Translations under genes and position numbers: made by a program
Origin: Candidatus Latescibacterota bacterium
GTDB taxonomy: Bacteria; Latescibacterota; UBA2968; UBA8231
Reading direction: 5' to 3'
Length of the DNA: 64,000 nt
Assembly (NCBI GenBank): GCA_965215195.1
Contig: CBDCDC010000002.1
Coordinates: forward strand, 4,128,001 to 4,192,000
Notes under the pieces: model-generated
Database searches by the model: none
Told to the model about the DNA's origin: nothing
Seen by the model: only the letters and a program-made list of their open reading frames with translations
Shown: piece by piece, positions 8,738 to 17,932 of the stretch
How the letters are laid out: the number at the start of each line of letters is the position of its first letter
Numbering within the stretch: position 1 is the stretch's first letter

Positions 8738-10012
8738 GTGGCGACCAAGAAACGCCGCTTCTTGAAAGTCCTCGTCTTCTTGCTGTTGGCCGGCTCGGTG
8801 GGGGCGGCGGTCTATTTCAACTTGCGGCAGGAAAAGGCCGAAGCCACCTATGCCACGGCGCTGGTTGAGCGGGGCGCGGTCGTCGATAAGTTAGCCGAAA
8901 CCGGCCGCATTGAGCTGGTGCGCACCGTGGAGGTCAAATCCACCATTGCCGGCGAAATCCGCGACCTGCCCATCGAAGCCGGCGCGTGGGTGGAGACCGG
9001 CGAGCTGATGGCCGTCATCGAACCTGACCCCAATCAATCGCTGCAATTGTATCAGAAGCGCTCCAGCGTGGAGCAGGGCAAAATCAACTTGGCCGAAGAG
9101 GAGCGCAACTTTGCCCGCCAGAAGGCCCTGTTCGACCGCAAGATGATACCGGCCAAGCAGTTTGAGGAGGCCGAGGTGCGCCTGACGCGGGCGCGCACCG
9201 GCCTGCGCTTAGCCCAGCTCGAACTGGACATGCTCGAAACCAAGGCCAACCTGCAGCGCGTCGAGCTTGCAGACGATCAAGTCGCGCTCGACGAGGTGCG
9301 CGTCCTCGCGCCGATTGACGGCATTGTCATCCGCCGCAACGTGGAAATCGGCGAGGTGGTAGCCTCCGGCCTGTCGTCGTATTCCGGCGGGACGGTACTT
9401 TTCCAGATCGGCGACCCCAGCCAGCTCATCGTGCGCGGCGACATCGCAGAAATCGACATTGGCCGGGTGGATGTCGGCCAAGCCGTGGACATTGTCGTGG
9501 ATGCGTATCCCGACACCACGTATGGCGGTCGGGTGCGCTGGATTGCGCCGGTGGGTCAGCAGAAGCAGGGCAGCACCATCGTCACCTTTGACACCGAGAT
9601 CGCGATTACCGACCACGCGCCGCGCCTGCGCCAAGGCATGTCCTGCGACATCGACATTCTGTTTGCGCGGCGCGACAGCGCGGTGTACCTGCCGGTGGAG
9701 CGGGTGTTAGAGGTCTTTGACGACGAGGACGAAGAAGACGAGCGCGGCGCGGGCGAGCGCGGTCGCTTTGTCGCGTATGTGGCCGAGTCGTCGGATTCGC
9801 TCGCCGCTGCTGCGGACAGCACGCGCCCGGACAGCGCATTTCAGATGCCGCTCAGCGCCTTCGCCGAAGTGGAATTGGCCATTGGCATTGAGACCTCAAC
9901 CCGCGTCGAAATCCTCTCCGGCCTCGCCCGCGGCGACCGGGTGGCCGAAGACCCGGATCTCATTCGCAGTCAAATGGAGCAGAAGGGCGAGGAGAAAGAC
10001 GAGGAAGGTTGA
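8738..10012 (+). CDS. Efflux periplasmic adaptor (MFP, MacA/YknX-like)
   Basis: N-terminal TM, VEVKSTIAGEI and VLAPIDGIV lipoyl halves, coiled coil, EIDIGRV..GQ, VEILSGL..GDRV. Confidence 0.9.
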   Translation: MATKKRRFLKVLVFLLLAGSVGAAVYFNLRQEKAEATYATALVERGAVVDKLAETGRIELVRTVEVKSTIAGEIRDLPIEAGAWVETGELMAVIEPDPNQSLQLYQKRSSVEQGKINLAEEERNFARQKALFDRKMIPAKQFEEAEVRLTRARTGLRLAQLELDMLETKANLQRVELADDQVALDEVRVLAPIDGIVIRRNVEIGEVVASGLSSYSGGTVLFQIGDPSQLIVRGDIAEIDIGRVDVGQAVDIVVDAYPDTTYGGRVRWIAPVGQQKQGSTIVTFDTEIAITDHAPRLRQGMSCDIDILFARRDSAVYLPVERVLEVFDDEDEEDERGAGERGRFVAYVAESSDSLAAAADSTRPDSAFQMPLSAFAEVELAIGIETSTRVEILSGLARGDRVAEDPDLIRSQMEQKGEEKDEEG

Positions 10013-10068
10013 TGACCTTGCTGGACGCTAAAGACGAGGAGATCGGCAGGATCGACAACCGTAACTAA
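10012..10068 (+). pseudogene. Chimeric stub: permease start (ATGACC) fused to a DUF1854 fragment
   Basis: Reads MTLLDAKDEEIGRIDNRN*. LLDAKDEEIxxID matches 5826-5867; ATGACC overlaps the MFP stop and equals the first 6 nt of the permease at 17933. Confidence 0.6.
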
Positions 10069-10884
10069 ACTTTTTTGCGATGCCGTGAAATTTTTCTTGA
10101 CAATGCCCTTACCATCTCAATATATGAAGCCTGCTATTCCGCTCGTCGGAGGACGAACTGGAAGATGATAAGAGATGAAGTTGCCGCCGATAGTGTCTAT
10201 CGCAGTGACTACATCCTGCTTCCAGCCCCAAGATTCTCCCGACAAAATCTTCGTAAGTCGTTAAAAAAATAATAACGTATCCCCCCACTTTTTTCGCCGT
10301 TAGACTACGATCTCCTAGATACATTCAAGGGCCGGATGATCGCTTCGCTGATTTGACCCGGCCGCCGTTGTTGTAGATAGCGTAGAAAATCGACCGTATG
10401 CTGCGAATGGGCCTTGGGATAGCTTTGCATGAGGAAAGTACCCTTGAGCACATCCAAGGCCCCATAATAGGTTTGGCGTTGGCGTCCATTTTCAATAGCC
10501 ACCTCAAGGCGTTGGTCTCGACGGCCCCAACCATAGCCGCAGGCATCAGCCCAGTGTAGATGCGACTCATCGATGAAAAAAGCACGGACGTGACCCGCTG
10601 CGATCTCGGCTTTATGCGCCGTTCGTTTTTTTTATCTCTTCTCGTTGGTCTCGCCCCTGTTGGGGATCGACCTGGGGCTGTCGAGCCTGCGTCTTTTTCC
10701 AGCGATAGCCCGCCTGAGAAAGAATCGCGTAATAGCTTTGCGACGATTTGAAGACCACGCCAAACTGCGTTTGGATATACGAGGCCAACGAGGCGACCGA
10801 AGGCTGCGATTGGGTCGCTAACCACGCATGGATTTGCGCCCGTTGATCGGCCGACAAATACGGCTGCGAGCCTTTATAGCCTAA

Positions 10885-11827
10885 GAGCCTATACGGAAAT
10901 CATGTCAACCGTTCGACGATTTGAAAAATGATAAGCACCGAAGCGACCTGAATGAATGCTTCGTAATGGGTACTCTTTTTCTCCCATCGGACCAACAGAC
11001 GACGGAATCGATTATGCCAAGCATGGGTTCGTTCAACCACCCATCGACGAGCCGGATGTTTCTTTTGCGCGGGTATAGAGGCCTTGTCGGCTTGACTTTT
11101 CGCCAAGTGTAGGTGATAGTCGCGTTCCTCGACTCCTTCAATAACCTCGGCGTAGTCATAGCCTTTGTCCAGACACAGATGGTGCAGCCGATAGACGACT
11201 TTCTTGGGTCTTTCCACGACGAGGCCATCCAACGTCGCCAGTGCTACCGTTTTGTCATGCGTATTGGCTGCGGTTACTTCCACGGCCAGCGGTGCGCCTC
11301 GCTGGTCGGTCAACACCGACCGTTTAGTGCCCTTTTTACCCCGATCGACCGGCGACGGACCGGTCGCTTCGCCGCCCAACGGCGCTTTGGTGATCACCCC
11401 ATCGAGGGCTTGCCATTTCCAAGCAATGCCCACTTGCTTATCATAGTAGTGTAGCAGCGTCTGCCAAGCTCGGAGAAACACGCCTTGTTTCACCCACTGG
11501 CGGAACCGACCGTGGACGGTCGAGCCGGGTGCATAGGCTGCCCGCGGAATGGCCTGCCATTGGCAGCCGCTGCGCAACACAAAGATCATGGCGTCAAAAA
11601 GGACACGGTGGGGTGTGGGCGGACGTCCGACGGTGCCGGGTTGTTTTTCCGGACCCAGAATCGGGGCGATTAGATTCCACAAGGCATCCGGGGTATGCCA
11701 GATCGTGTCCGGCGAATCGGTCTTGGTGGCCATGGCTTTCTTCCTCTTGGTTGAGGGTCAAATGGTACGGAAAGCGTAGGTCGCCAAGACCTTTGTATCA
11801 ACAAAAAATCAATTTTCGTATAGGCTC
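10885..11827 (-). mobile_element. IS5-family element (IS1031-like), apparently intact, with TAA target duplication
   Basis: TIRs GAGCCTATACGGAAAT / ATTTTCGTATAGGCTC (1 mismatch), flanked by TAA on both sides. Confidence 0.92.
10900..11733 (-). CDS. IS5-family transposase
   Basis: GCQWQAIP, ALDG..KAPLGG, DKGYD and RWVVERTHAW motifs. Confidence 0.93.
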   Translation of the reverse strand: MATKTDSPDTIWHTPDALWNLIAPILGPEKQPGTVGRPPTPHRVLFDAMIFVLRSGCQWQAIPRAAYAPGSTVHGRFRQWVKQGVFLRAWQTLLHYYDKQVGIAWKWQALDGVITKAPLGGEATGPSPVDRGKKGTKRSVLTDQRGAPLAVEVTAANTHDKTVALATLDGLVVERPKKVVYRLHHLCLDKGYDYAEVIEGVEERDYHLHLAKSQADKASIPAQKKHPARRWVVERTHAWHNRFRRLLVRWEKKSTHYEAFIQVASVLIIFQIVERLT

Positions 11828-12250
11828 TAAGCGAAAGCAGGCGACCCCCTCGGATAGGTAGCGCTTCTTCCACGTCCGGATGAAGCTCGACTGCACCCCA
11901 AGAATCGCTTGTATCGCACCTTGTTTGATGCCCAACAGCGTCATCTGAACCGCTAATGCTCGTTTCCGTTCCCGGGCGTCGGGATTGCGCGCGATAAACG
12001 CAGATAAAGACGTACCCGAAACCATAGATAACCTCTAAAAAAAGACGAAGCATAGGAAAACATAGAATGAAGATAAAAAAACCATGAAACCTCTCAAGTC
12101 GTTTAGGACTGCTATAGCTATGTGCCGCAGAGTCTATATTATTCGGGCTGAAGATGAGGACTCGGCTTTCATGTGTGCCGAAGTAAATTCATCCAAGCAG
12201 GCAAATTGGGTGGTGGATCGATTTTAGCTATCATCAAAAAGGGTTACATT

Positions 12251-13177
12251 ATGAGATTAATATCAAAAAACTTACTGACGGCCGCTTTGAGCCTCCCGAT
12301 AATCGCACTTGTCGTCCGTTATCTCTTACTGTGGGATCGGTTGCCGTCGGTGCTGGCCATCCACTTCGACCTTCAGGGCGCACCCGATGGCTGGCTAGGG
12401 CGCGGTCTGTTCTTCCTCCTACTGACGGCGTGGTTGGGTGGCCAAGTGGCTATTTTCCACATTCTGGTCCGTCGTTTGGGTACAGCCTTGCTCACTGCGG
12501 TTTCCATGTTGCACTTTACAGTCATCGGTATTCTATGCGCCACGGCGTGGTTCCTCCTTGATTATAACCTCGACAAGACGCCCTTACCTTGGCTCTGGAT
12601 TGCCGCCATTGGCCTCGTCAGTGGTGCTATTCCTGTCCTCCTCATGGCCTCACTGAACAAAGGCGAACGCAAAGGGGCCGCGCTGCCGAAACAGGGCACC
12701 ATCCTCCATGAGGAGATCCACTGTTCTTCATTTCTCCCTGTGCTAACAGGGTCCATATTCGCCATACTACTCGCCATAATGATCACCACTGGCTATTTGA
12801 TTTATCCCTCTCCCTTTGTGCTGCTAATCGTGCTGCTAATCGCCTTTTTTTGTACTGTCGGCATCTCGTCCACGGTGTTCATTGGCTATGGTTTTCACTA
12901 TCGTTTCACCGAGGAAGGTATCGAAGTCAGGCACTTACTGGGAACTTCTCTCGTCATCCCGCTCTCGGCGATTGCGGAGTACGGCACCCAACAATGCAGT
13001 CCATTGAAAGATTTCGGCGGTTGGGGCATTCGCTACGGGCTAGGAGGCAAAGCTTATATTTGGCAAGGGCGCGATGTGTTGAAAGTCAAATACGACAATC
13101 GCATCGTCTATCTGGGCCATCACCATCCCGAATCACTCGTGCGTAAGCTGGACGAAATCATGGAAAGAAGGGCGTGA
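12251..13177 (+). CDS. DUF1648 (SdpI/YfhL-like) membrane protein with a C-terminal PH-like domain
   Basis: LPSVLAIHFDLQGAPDGW signature, 6 TM segments, C-terminal FGGWGIRY; ATG at 12251 chosen as start. Confidence 0.8.
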   Translation: MRLISKNLLTAALSLPIIALVVRYLLLWDRLPSVLAIHFDLQGAPDGWLGRGLFFLLLTAWLGGQVAIFHILVRRLGTALLTAVSMLHFTVIGILCATAWFLLDYNLDKTPLPWLWIAAIGLVSGAIPVLLMASLNKGERKGAALPKQGTILHEEIHCSSFLPVLTGSIFAILLAIMITTGYLIYPSPFVLLIVLLIAFFCTVGISSTVFIGYGFHYRFTEEGIEVRHLLGTSLVIPLSAIAEYGTQQCSPLKDFGGWGIRYGLGGKAYIWQGRDVLKVKYDNRIVYLGHHHPESLVRKLDEIMERRA

Positions 13178-14620
13178 ATGGTAGGTTCCCTTAACGGTAT
13201 CAACCTACTGGTTACCAACAGGTGTCCGTTAAATTGCGTCCATTGCGGATCCCGCAGCGGACCCCCCGAAGGCGATACGGAATCTCTGATTAAGTTTTCT
13301 TTCGAGTTCTTTTTTGCGAGTCCATATTCTAAGAAAAAAGGCGATAACTCGCGATGACTCAACTCAGTTTTTCCGATGCCGCCTACACCTACAAGAAGAA
13401 GCCCCCTCGCAAAGAACGCTTTCTGTCGGAGAGGAACGACCTGTTGCCGTGGGCCGACCTGCTCCAACCCATTGTGAGCAAGTACCCGAAACCCGGTAAT
13501 GGCCGTCGTCCGATCCCGGCTGCGGTGATGGTACGGGTCTATTTCATGCAGCACTGGTATGGCTTGAGTGATCCAGCGCTGGAAGACAGCCTGTATGATG
13601 TCGAATCGATGCGCCGCTTTGCAGGCGTGCCCTTGGATAGCATTCCGGCTGAGACGACGATCTGCAAGTTCCGCCACTTCTTAGAAAAGCATTGTTTGAC
13701 GGAAGCCCTGTTTCGATGCACCGCGCCGTATTTGTCGGAGCGGGGTATGCTACTCCGCGAAGGCACGATGGTGGATGCGACGATCCTTCACGCGCCGGCT
13801 TCGACGAAGAACCGGGACAAGGCACGAGACCCGCAGATGGGGCCTACGAAGAAGGGGACGACGTGGTATTTTGGCCTCAAAGCACATGGGGGCAGTGATC
13901 GTCAGGGGCGGGTGCACAGCGTCGTGGTGACCCCGGCGTCGGTGCATGATTGGGTGGTGATGGACGAGTGTTACACGGCGAGGAACAGGTCATCTATGGC
14001 GCTAAAGCCTATGCCAGGGCCGAACGCAAAGCAGACGCCGAATCGGATGGTATGGAGGGGCGGGGGCTTCGTAAAGCCAGCCGAAGCCGGAAGCTGACGG
14101 GTGCCGATCGCTCGTTCAACCAAAAGAGCAACCGTGTCCGAGCCCGGGTTGACCATGCCTTTGGGGTCATCAAACACCTGTGGGGCTATCGCAAGGTGCG
14201 TTATCGAGGCTTGGCCAAGAACGCCGCCCAAGTCGTTACCTTGTTGGCGCGGGCCAATTTCTATCTGGCGCGTAGAGCATTGGCGACGAGGTAGGGAGCA
14301 GTCCGTCCCGATCGCAGACCGGGACGAGGAACGGGGAGAAGCACGCCTGAAAATAGAGCCATGTTCCCACTTTATAAGCAAATATAACACTCAGAGGCTT
14401 CTGTTTTGTTAAAAAAGATGACTTGACCAGAGGTTCCATACCTTGGTCATTAGAAGATGTCGTCAGAGTACTGGATGCAGCGCAAGCCCGTTCCTGCAAG
14501 ATGGTCAATTTCTCAGGAGGAGAGCCCTTCATCCTCGGCGAGAACTTGGTCAAAATGGTCGCTGCAGCCAGAGCCCGTACTCTTCTCGTTCGCGTTACGA
14601 CAGGGACGTACTGGAGCAGG
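13178..14620 (+). pseudogene. Radical SAM enzyme, IS5-interrupted, frameshifted and 3'-truncated
   Basis: ATG right after the DUF1648 stop gives MVGSLNGINLLVTNRCPLNCVHCGSRSGP (CxxxCxxC); after the IS it continues SLEDVVRVLD...VNFSGGEPF...VTTGTYWS. Confidence 0.85.
13279..14437 (+). mobile_element. IS5-family element (IS5 subgroup) with a frameshifted transposase (13354-14294) and ATAC target duplication
   Basis: TIRs GGAATCTCTGATTAAGT / ACTTGACCAGAGGTTCC; ATAC at 13275-13278 and 14438-14441; MVDATILHAPASTKN and RARVDHAFGVIK..GYRKVRYRGLAKN lie in two frames. Confidence 0.9.
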
Positions 14621-14637
14621 AATTACTATACAGTACT

Positions 14638-14799
14638 CTGATTGCCACCCCTATTATGCTTTTCATCGTTCTTTTTATCTATTCTGCATGTTACCTAGTG
14701 ATGGGCAAATTACCCGGTGGCCTGCTCGGCTACGGCCAAGTCCTATCTATAGTAGCCTACACGGGGCTGATCACCATTCCCCAACAAGTTGTCAAAATC
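14638..14799 (+). pseudogene. Internal fragment of a divergent Yip1 paralog
   Basis: LIATPIMLFIVLFIYSACYLVMGKLPGGLLGYGQVLSIVAYTGLI aligns with LIAAPVMTFVMLFIGAAIYLLVGKLLGGLLGYGECLAIVAYTSLI of 8056-8736. Confidence 0.8.
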
Positions 14800-15158
14800 T
14801 GAAAGTCCTCGTCTTCTTGCTGTTGGCCGGTTCGGTGGGGGCGGCGGTCTATTTCAACTTGCGGCAGGAAAAGGCCGAAGCCACCTATGCCACGGCGCTG
14901 GTTGAGCGAGGCGCGGTCGTCGATAAGCTGGCCGAAACCGGCCGCATTGAGGTGGTGGCCTCCGGCCTGTCGTCGTATTCCGGCGGGACGGTACTTTTCC
15001 AGATCGGCGACCCCAGCCAGCTCATCGTGCGCGGCGACATCGCGGAAATCGACATTGGCCGGGTGGATGTCGGCCAAGCCGTGGACATTGTCGTGGATGC
15101 GTATCCCGACACCACGTATGGCGGCCGGGTGCGCTGGATTGCGCCGGTGGGTCAACAG
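14800..15158 (+). pseudogene. Internally deleted second copy of the MFP gene
   Basis: Near-identical to 8763-8913 joined to about 9356-9562 at a GAG(C/G)TGGT microhomology; the visible differences are synonymous. Confidence 0.9.
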
Positions 15159-15338
15159 AATCAACCTACAATCTCCACATGGTGAATGGACGGGCTACCG
15201 GTCTCTTTTTACAGAGGCTGGTAGCCCAAAAAATGGCTTGGTGCCATCTTGTGGCAAGTCGTACAATCCGATAAATTATTCCTACTGAGGGAATGTTGAG
15301 TATCGCGTTTCAAAACTTAAAAAAAGAAGTTAACGCTC

Positions 15339-16124
15339 TTGAAGAAAATCTATACGACGGAAATCTATTCCGAGGCATTCAAAAAATTTGAAAATATACA
15401 ATGTAGGATATTCTCTGTCGTCGTACTAGCCATTTTTATGTTCTTTTTATTTCGCTATTCTATACATATTATATCCACCATATTCGCTTCAAGTGACTAT
15501 CTTCTCATATTGTTATCCATTATTCCTCATGCTCTGCTTATTATGGTTGTAGCCGCATTCGCTAAGATAGAAAAACAGGATCTAACCTGCCAAACACTAG
15601 GGCTATCTCTTCAAATCCCCAAAGAATCAAAACAGTTGGTCGCGTTTTTTATTTTTGTATTTTCGATCGCTGGAGTAGGTATATTGGCCTTTTACTCTTT
15701 TATGAAGTTCCGAGGTATTGATATCCATTTAATAACTTCCTATCCAGTACTAATACCATGGATCGAGGAGGCCGATATAGAGGGAAAATTACGTAACCTA
15801 CTTCTTCTTATAATCCCATACTCAGTTCTCGTCTTGCTGATTGCCCCTTTTATAGAGGAGGCATATTTCACAGGTTTAATTTTTCCTGCTCTGCGGAACC
15901 GATTGGGGTTCGTTTTCAGCTCGACTCTCACGGCTTTCCTCTTTACTTATCACCATTACTCTCCGTTCTCAGAGGGACAACTAACGGCATTTGTCGTTAT
16001 GTTTATATCACAAAGTCTTTCGTTTTTTCTTTATCAGTTTACACGCTCTCTTTATCCTTCTATCGTCTTTCACTCTTTACGCAATATGTCAATCTTGTCT
16101 CTGGAATTCTCAGCCCTTATCTGA
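15339..16124 (+). CDS. CPBP (CAAX/Abi) family intramembrane protease
   Basis: APFIEEAYF, FTYHH and HSLRN motifs; multi-TM; AT-rich. Confidence 0.8.
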   Translation: MKKIYTTEIYSEAFKKFENIQCRIFSVVVLAIFMFFLFRYSIHIISTIFASSDYLLILLSIIPHALLIMVVAAFAKIEKQDLTCQTLGLSLQIPKESKQLVAFFIFVFSIAGVGILAFYSFMKFRGIDIHLITSYPVLIPWIEEADIEGKLRNLLLLIIPYSVLVLLIAPFIEEAYFTGLIFPALRNRLGFVFSSTLTAFLFTYHHYSPFSEGQLTAFVVMFISQSLSFFLYQFTRSLYPSIVFHSLRNMSILSLEFSALI

Positions 16125-16232
16125 ACTCAGTACTAAGAGGAAGAGACCGCGGTCGCAGTTGGCTAGCCAAAAAAGGGACGACGTTGCTTGGGTACGTCTG
16201 GAACCAATGCACCCCGATCGGCCTCGACGGAC

Positions 16233-17603
16233 CTACCCTAGGCGCAACAGGGTCTGGGGCAGGAACTCGACGGGAATACCTCCCATCTTCGCCGGCGCAC
16301 TGCGGCGGGAGAGGATGCGGCTGTTGGCGTACTTGCCGATCTGTTTGAGCGTCTTGGGCCGCAACTGGCCCGTCCACTTGATTTCCACGGGCCAAAAACG
16401 ACCGTCCTTTACATAGGCGATACCCACTTCGCCCTCGCCTTTGATATAGTAGGTGGGATAGCGACGGCCATAATGGGCAACGGCGCAGGCTTCTACTAGA
16501 GGGCCAGTGCGCTCGGGGTCGGCGAGGAGGGGGCGCACCTGTGCGGTGAAAGGGTCCTGCGCCTCGTGCAGCCAGCTTTGCACGGCGTGGAAAATGAAGG
16601 GATCGCAAAAGCTAATTTTGCGCGCCTTTTTCGGCGCACCGGCCAGCTTGTCCTCGCGCAAGGCCGGCTGGACGCGGAGGACATCCATAGAGGTGAGCAG
16701 GGCGATATAGTCGCTCACGGTAGCGGGATGGTCGATGCTGAGGGTGCGGGCCAAGGCGTTATACGTGGTCTGGGTGCCGTAGCAGCGGACAATGGCGGCC
16801 AGCACTTCGCCCAAATAGTGCTCCTGCTTGCCGCGCTTGAGCATATCGCCGCGTATCCAGTCGCTGTACGTGGCGAATGTGGCCGGGAGGATGCGGCTGT
16901 GGCGGGCCATATCGTTAATGGCGGTGAGAAAGCCGCCGTGGACTAGGTAAGCGAGAAACTCCTCGAGCAGGACTTGCTCGGTCTCGGCGGGTAGCGGCGA
17001 TTTGGGCTGGGCTAATTGCAGCAACTCTTGGCTGCTCAGCGAGTGCTTTAGACCCACGGCCGCGGCAAAGCTCAGGGGATGGAGGTGAAAGTCAACGGCT
17101 GTGGCTTGCCCCCGGCGGCCGGGAAAACGCATGCGTGCCTCTTGGATGACTGCCATGTCCGAGCCGGTCGCAATGAGCACGACGCCTTCGAGCAAGCCGG
17201 CGTCGGCGAGGTACTTGATCCCCTTGTCCCAACCGGCGATATAGGTCACTTCGTCGAGCAGGATATAGCGCCGGCCCTCGGTGGGCATTGCTCGCTGTAG
17301 GGTCAATACCAAGCGCACGAGCGCGTGGTGATCGTCGATGAGTTCGCCGGTGAAAAAGCGCAGACGGGCCGGGTCAAGGCCGGTTGCAAGCAGGTCGGCC
17401 ATCCACTGTTTGAGCAGGGTCGTCTTGCCAATCTGGCGGCCCCCGCCCACAGTGTAGATGCCCGGCTGGTTGCGCGGCAGGTGGTCGAGGAGGGGAAAGC
17501 GATAGATTAGGGGCTGCGTTCGCAGGCGTCTGAGGTGCGGATCGAGGTCGGAAAAGGAGCCATCGAGATGACTATTGTGAATTTGGAATTCTTCTAAGTT
17601 CAT
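16233..17603 (-). CDS. AAA_14 + DUF4143 ATP-binding protein
   Basis: GGRQIGKTT, LLDEV, ATGS, YLVHGGF, KISFCDP and C-terminal EV...PVEIK. Confidence 0.88.
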   Translation of the reverse strand: MNLEEFQIHNSHLDGSFSDLDPHLRRLRTQPLIYRFPLLDHLPRNQPGIYTVGGGRQIGKTTLLKQWMADLLATGLDPARLRFFTGELIDDHHALVRLVLTLQRAMPTEGRRYILLDEVTYIAGWDKGIKYLADAGLLEGVVLIATGSDMAVIQEARMRFPGRRGQATAVDFHLHPLSFAAAVGLKHSLSSQELLQLAQPKSPLPAETEQVLLEEFLAYLVHGGFLTAINDMARHSRILPATFATYSDWIRGDMLKRGKQEHYLGEVLAAIVRCYGTQTTYNALARTLSIDHPATVSDYIALLTSMDVLRVQPALREDKLAGAPKKARKISFCDPFIFHAVQSWLHEAQDPFTAQVRPLLADPERTGPLVEACAVAHYGRRYPTYYIKGEGEVGIAYVKDGRFWPVEIKWTGQLRPKTLKQIGKYANSRILSRRSAPAKMGGIPVEFLPQTLLRLG

Positions 17604-17758
17604 TGCTAGCGTATAGTTACATTTATTTTGAAAATTTAGTCAATCGCCTCTGAATAAATCTAGTCAATGCAAATCGGCGGCGCAATTGGCCAAATTAGCA
17701 TCAGCCGAACTCTCGGTGCCGTTTTGGGCTTGTGATTCATCTAACTTATCTTTGACAC

Positions 17759-17882
17759 CTAAGTACACGACAGTAGGGCCTTACCCTCGGATCGAGGGCA
17801 TCTTGCCCTCGTCGAAGGCGGGACGCCCTCGATCCCGGACTCATCGCCCATCAACGACAAGTTATTGGTGTCGTGTAGTTAG
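17759..17882. mobile_element. 124-bp MITE-like element, copy 2 (same orientation as copy 1)
   Basis: About 3 substitutions relative to 7853-7976. Confidence 0.8.
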
Positions 17883-17932
17883 CTTTGACGCTTTAATCGC
17901 TGCATCTTCGACCCGAAGGACGAAAAACGCCA

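Larger units (their letters stand above)
10305..12116 (-). mobile_element. IS630-family element, truncated and interrupted by IS5
   Basis: RERKRALAV..WKKRY..G HTH (11830-12025) continues in frame as FRL|GYKGSQPYLS after removing the IS5; wHTH YYAIL..WKK; DDE fragment LFIDESHL...TYYGAL; end TATAGCAGTCCTAAA at 12116. Confidence 0.85.

Noticed and set aside
10075-10272. Short ORFs as a RiPP precursor
   Set aside because: No leader/core pattern or convincing RBS; cannot be supported.
15193-15227. GGGCTACC...GGTAGCCC hairpin as a terminator
   Set aside because: The stem is real but is not followed by a U tract on either strand.
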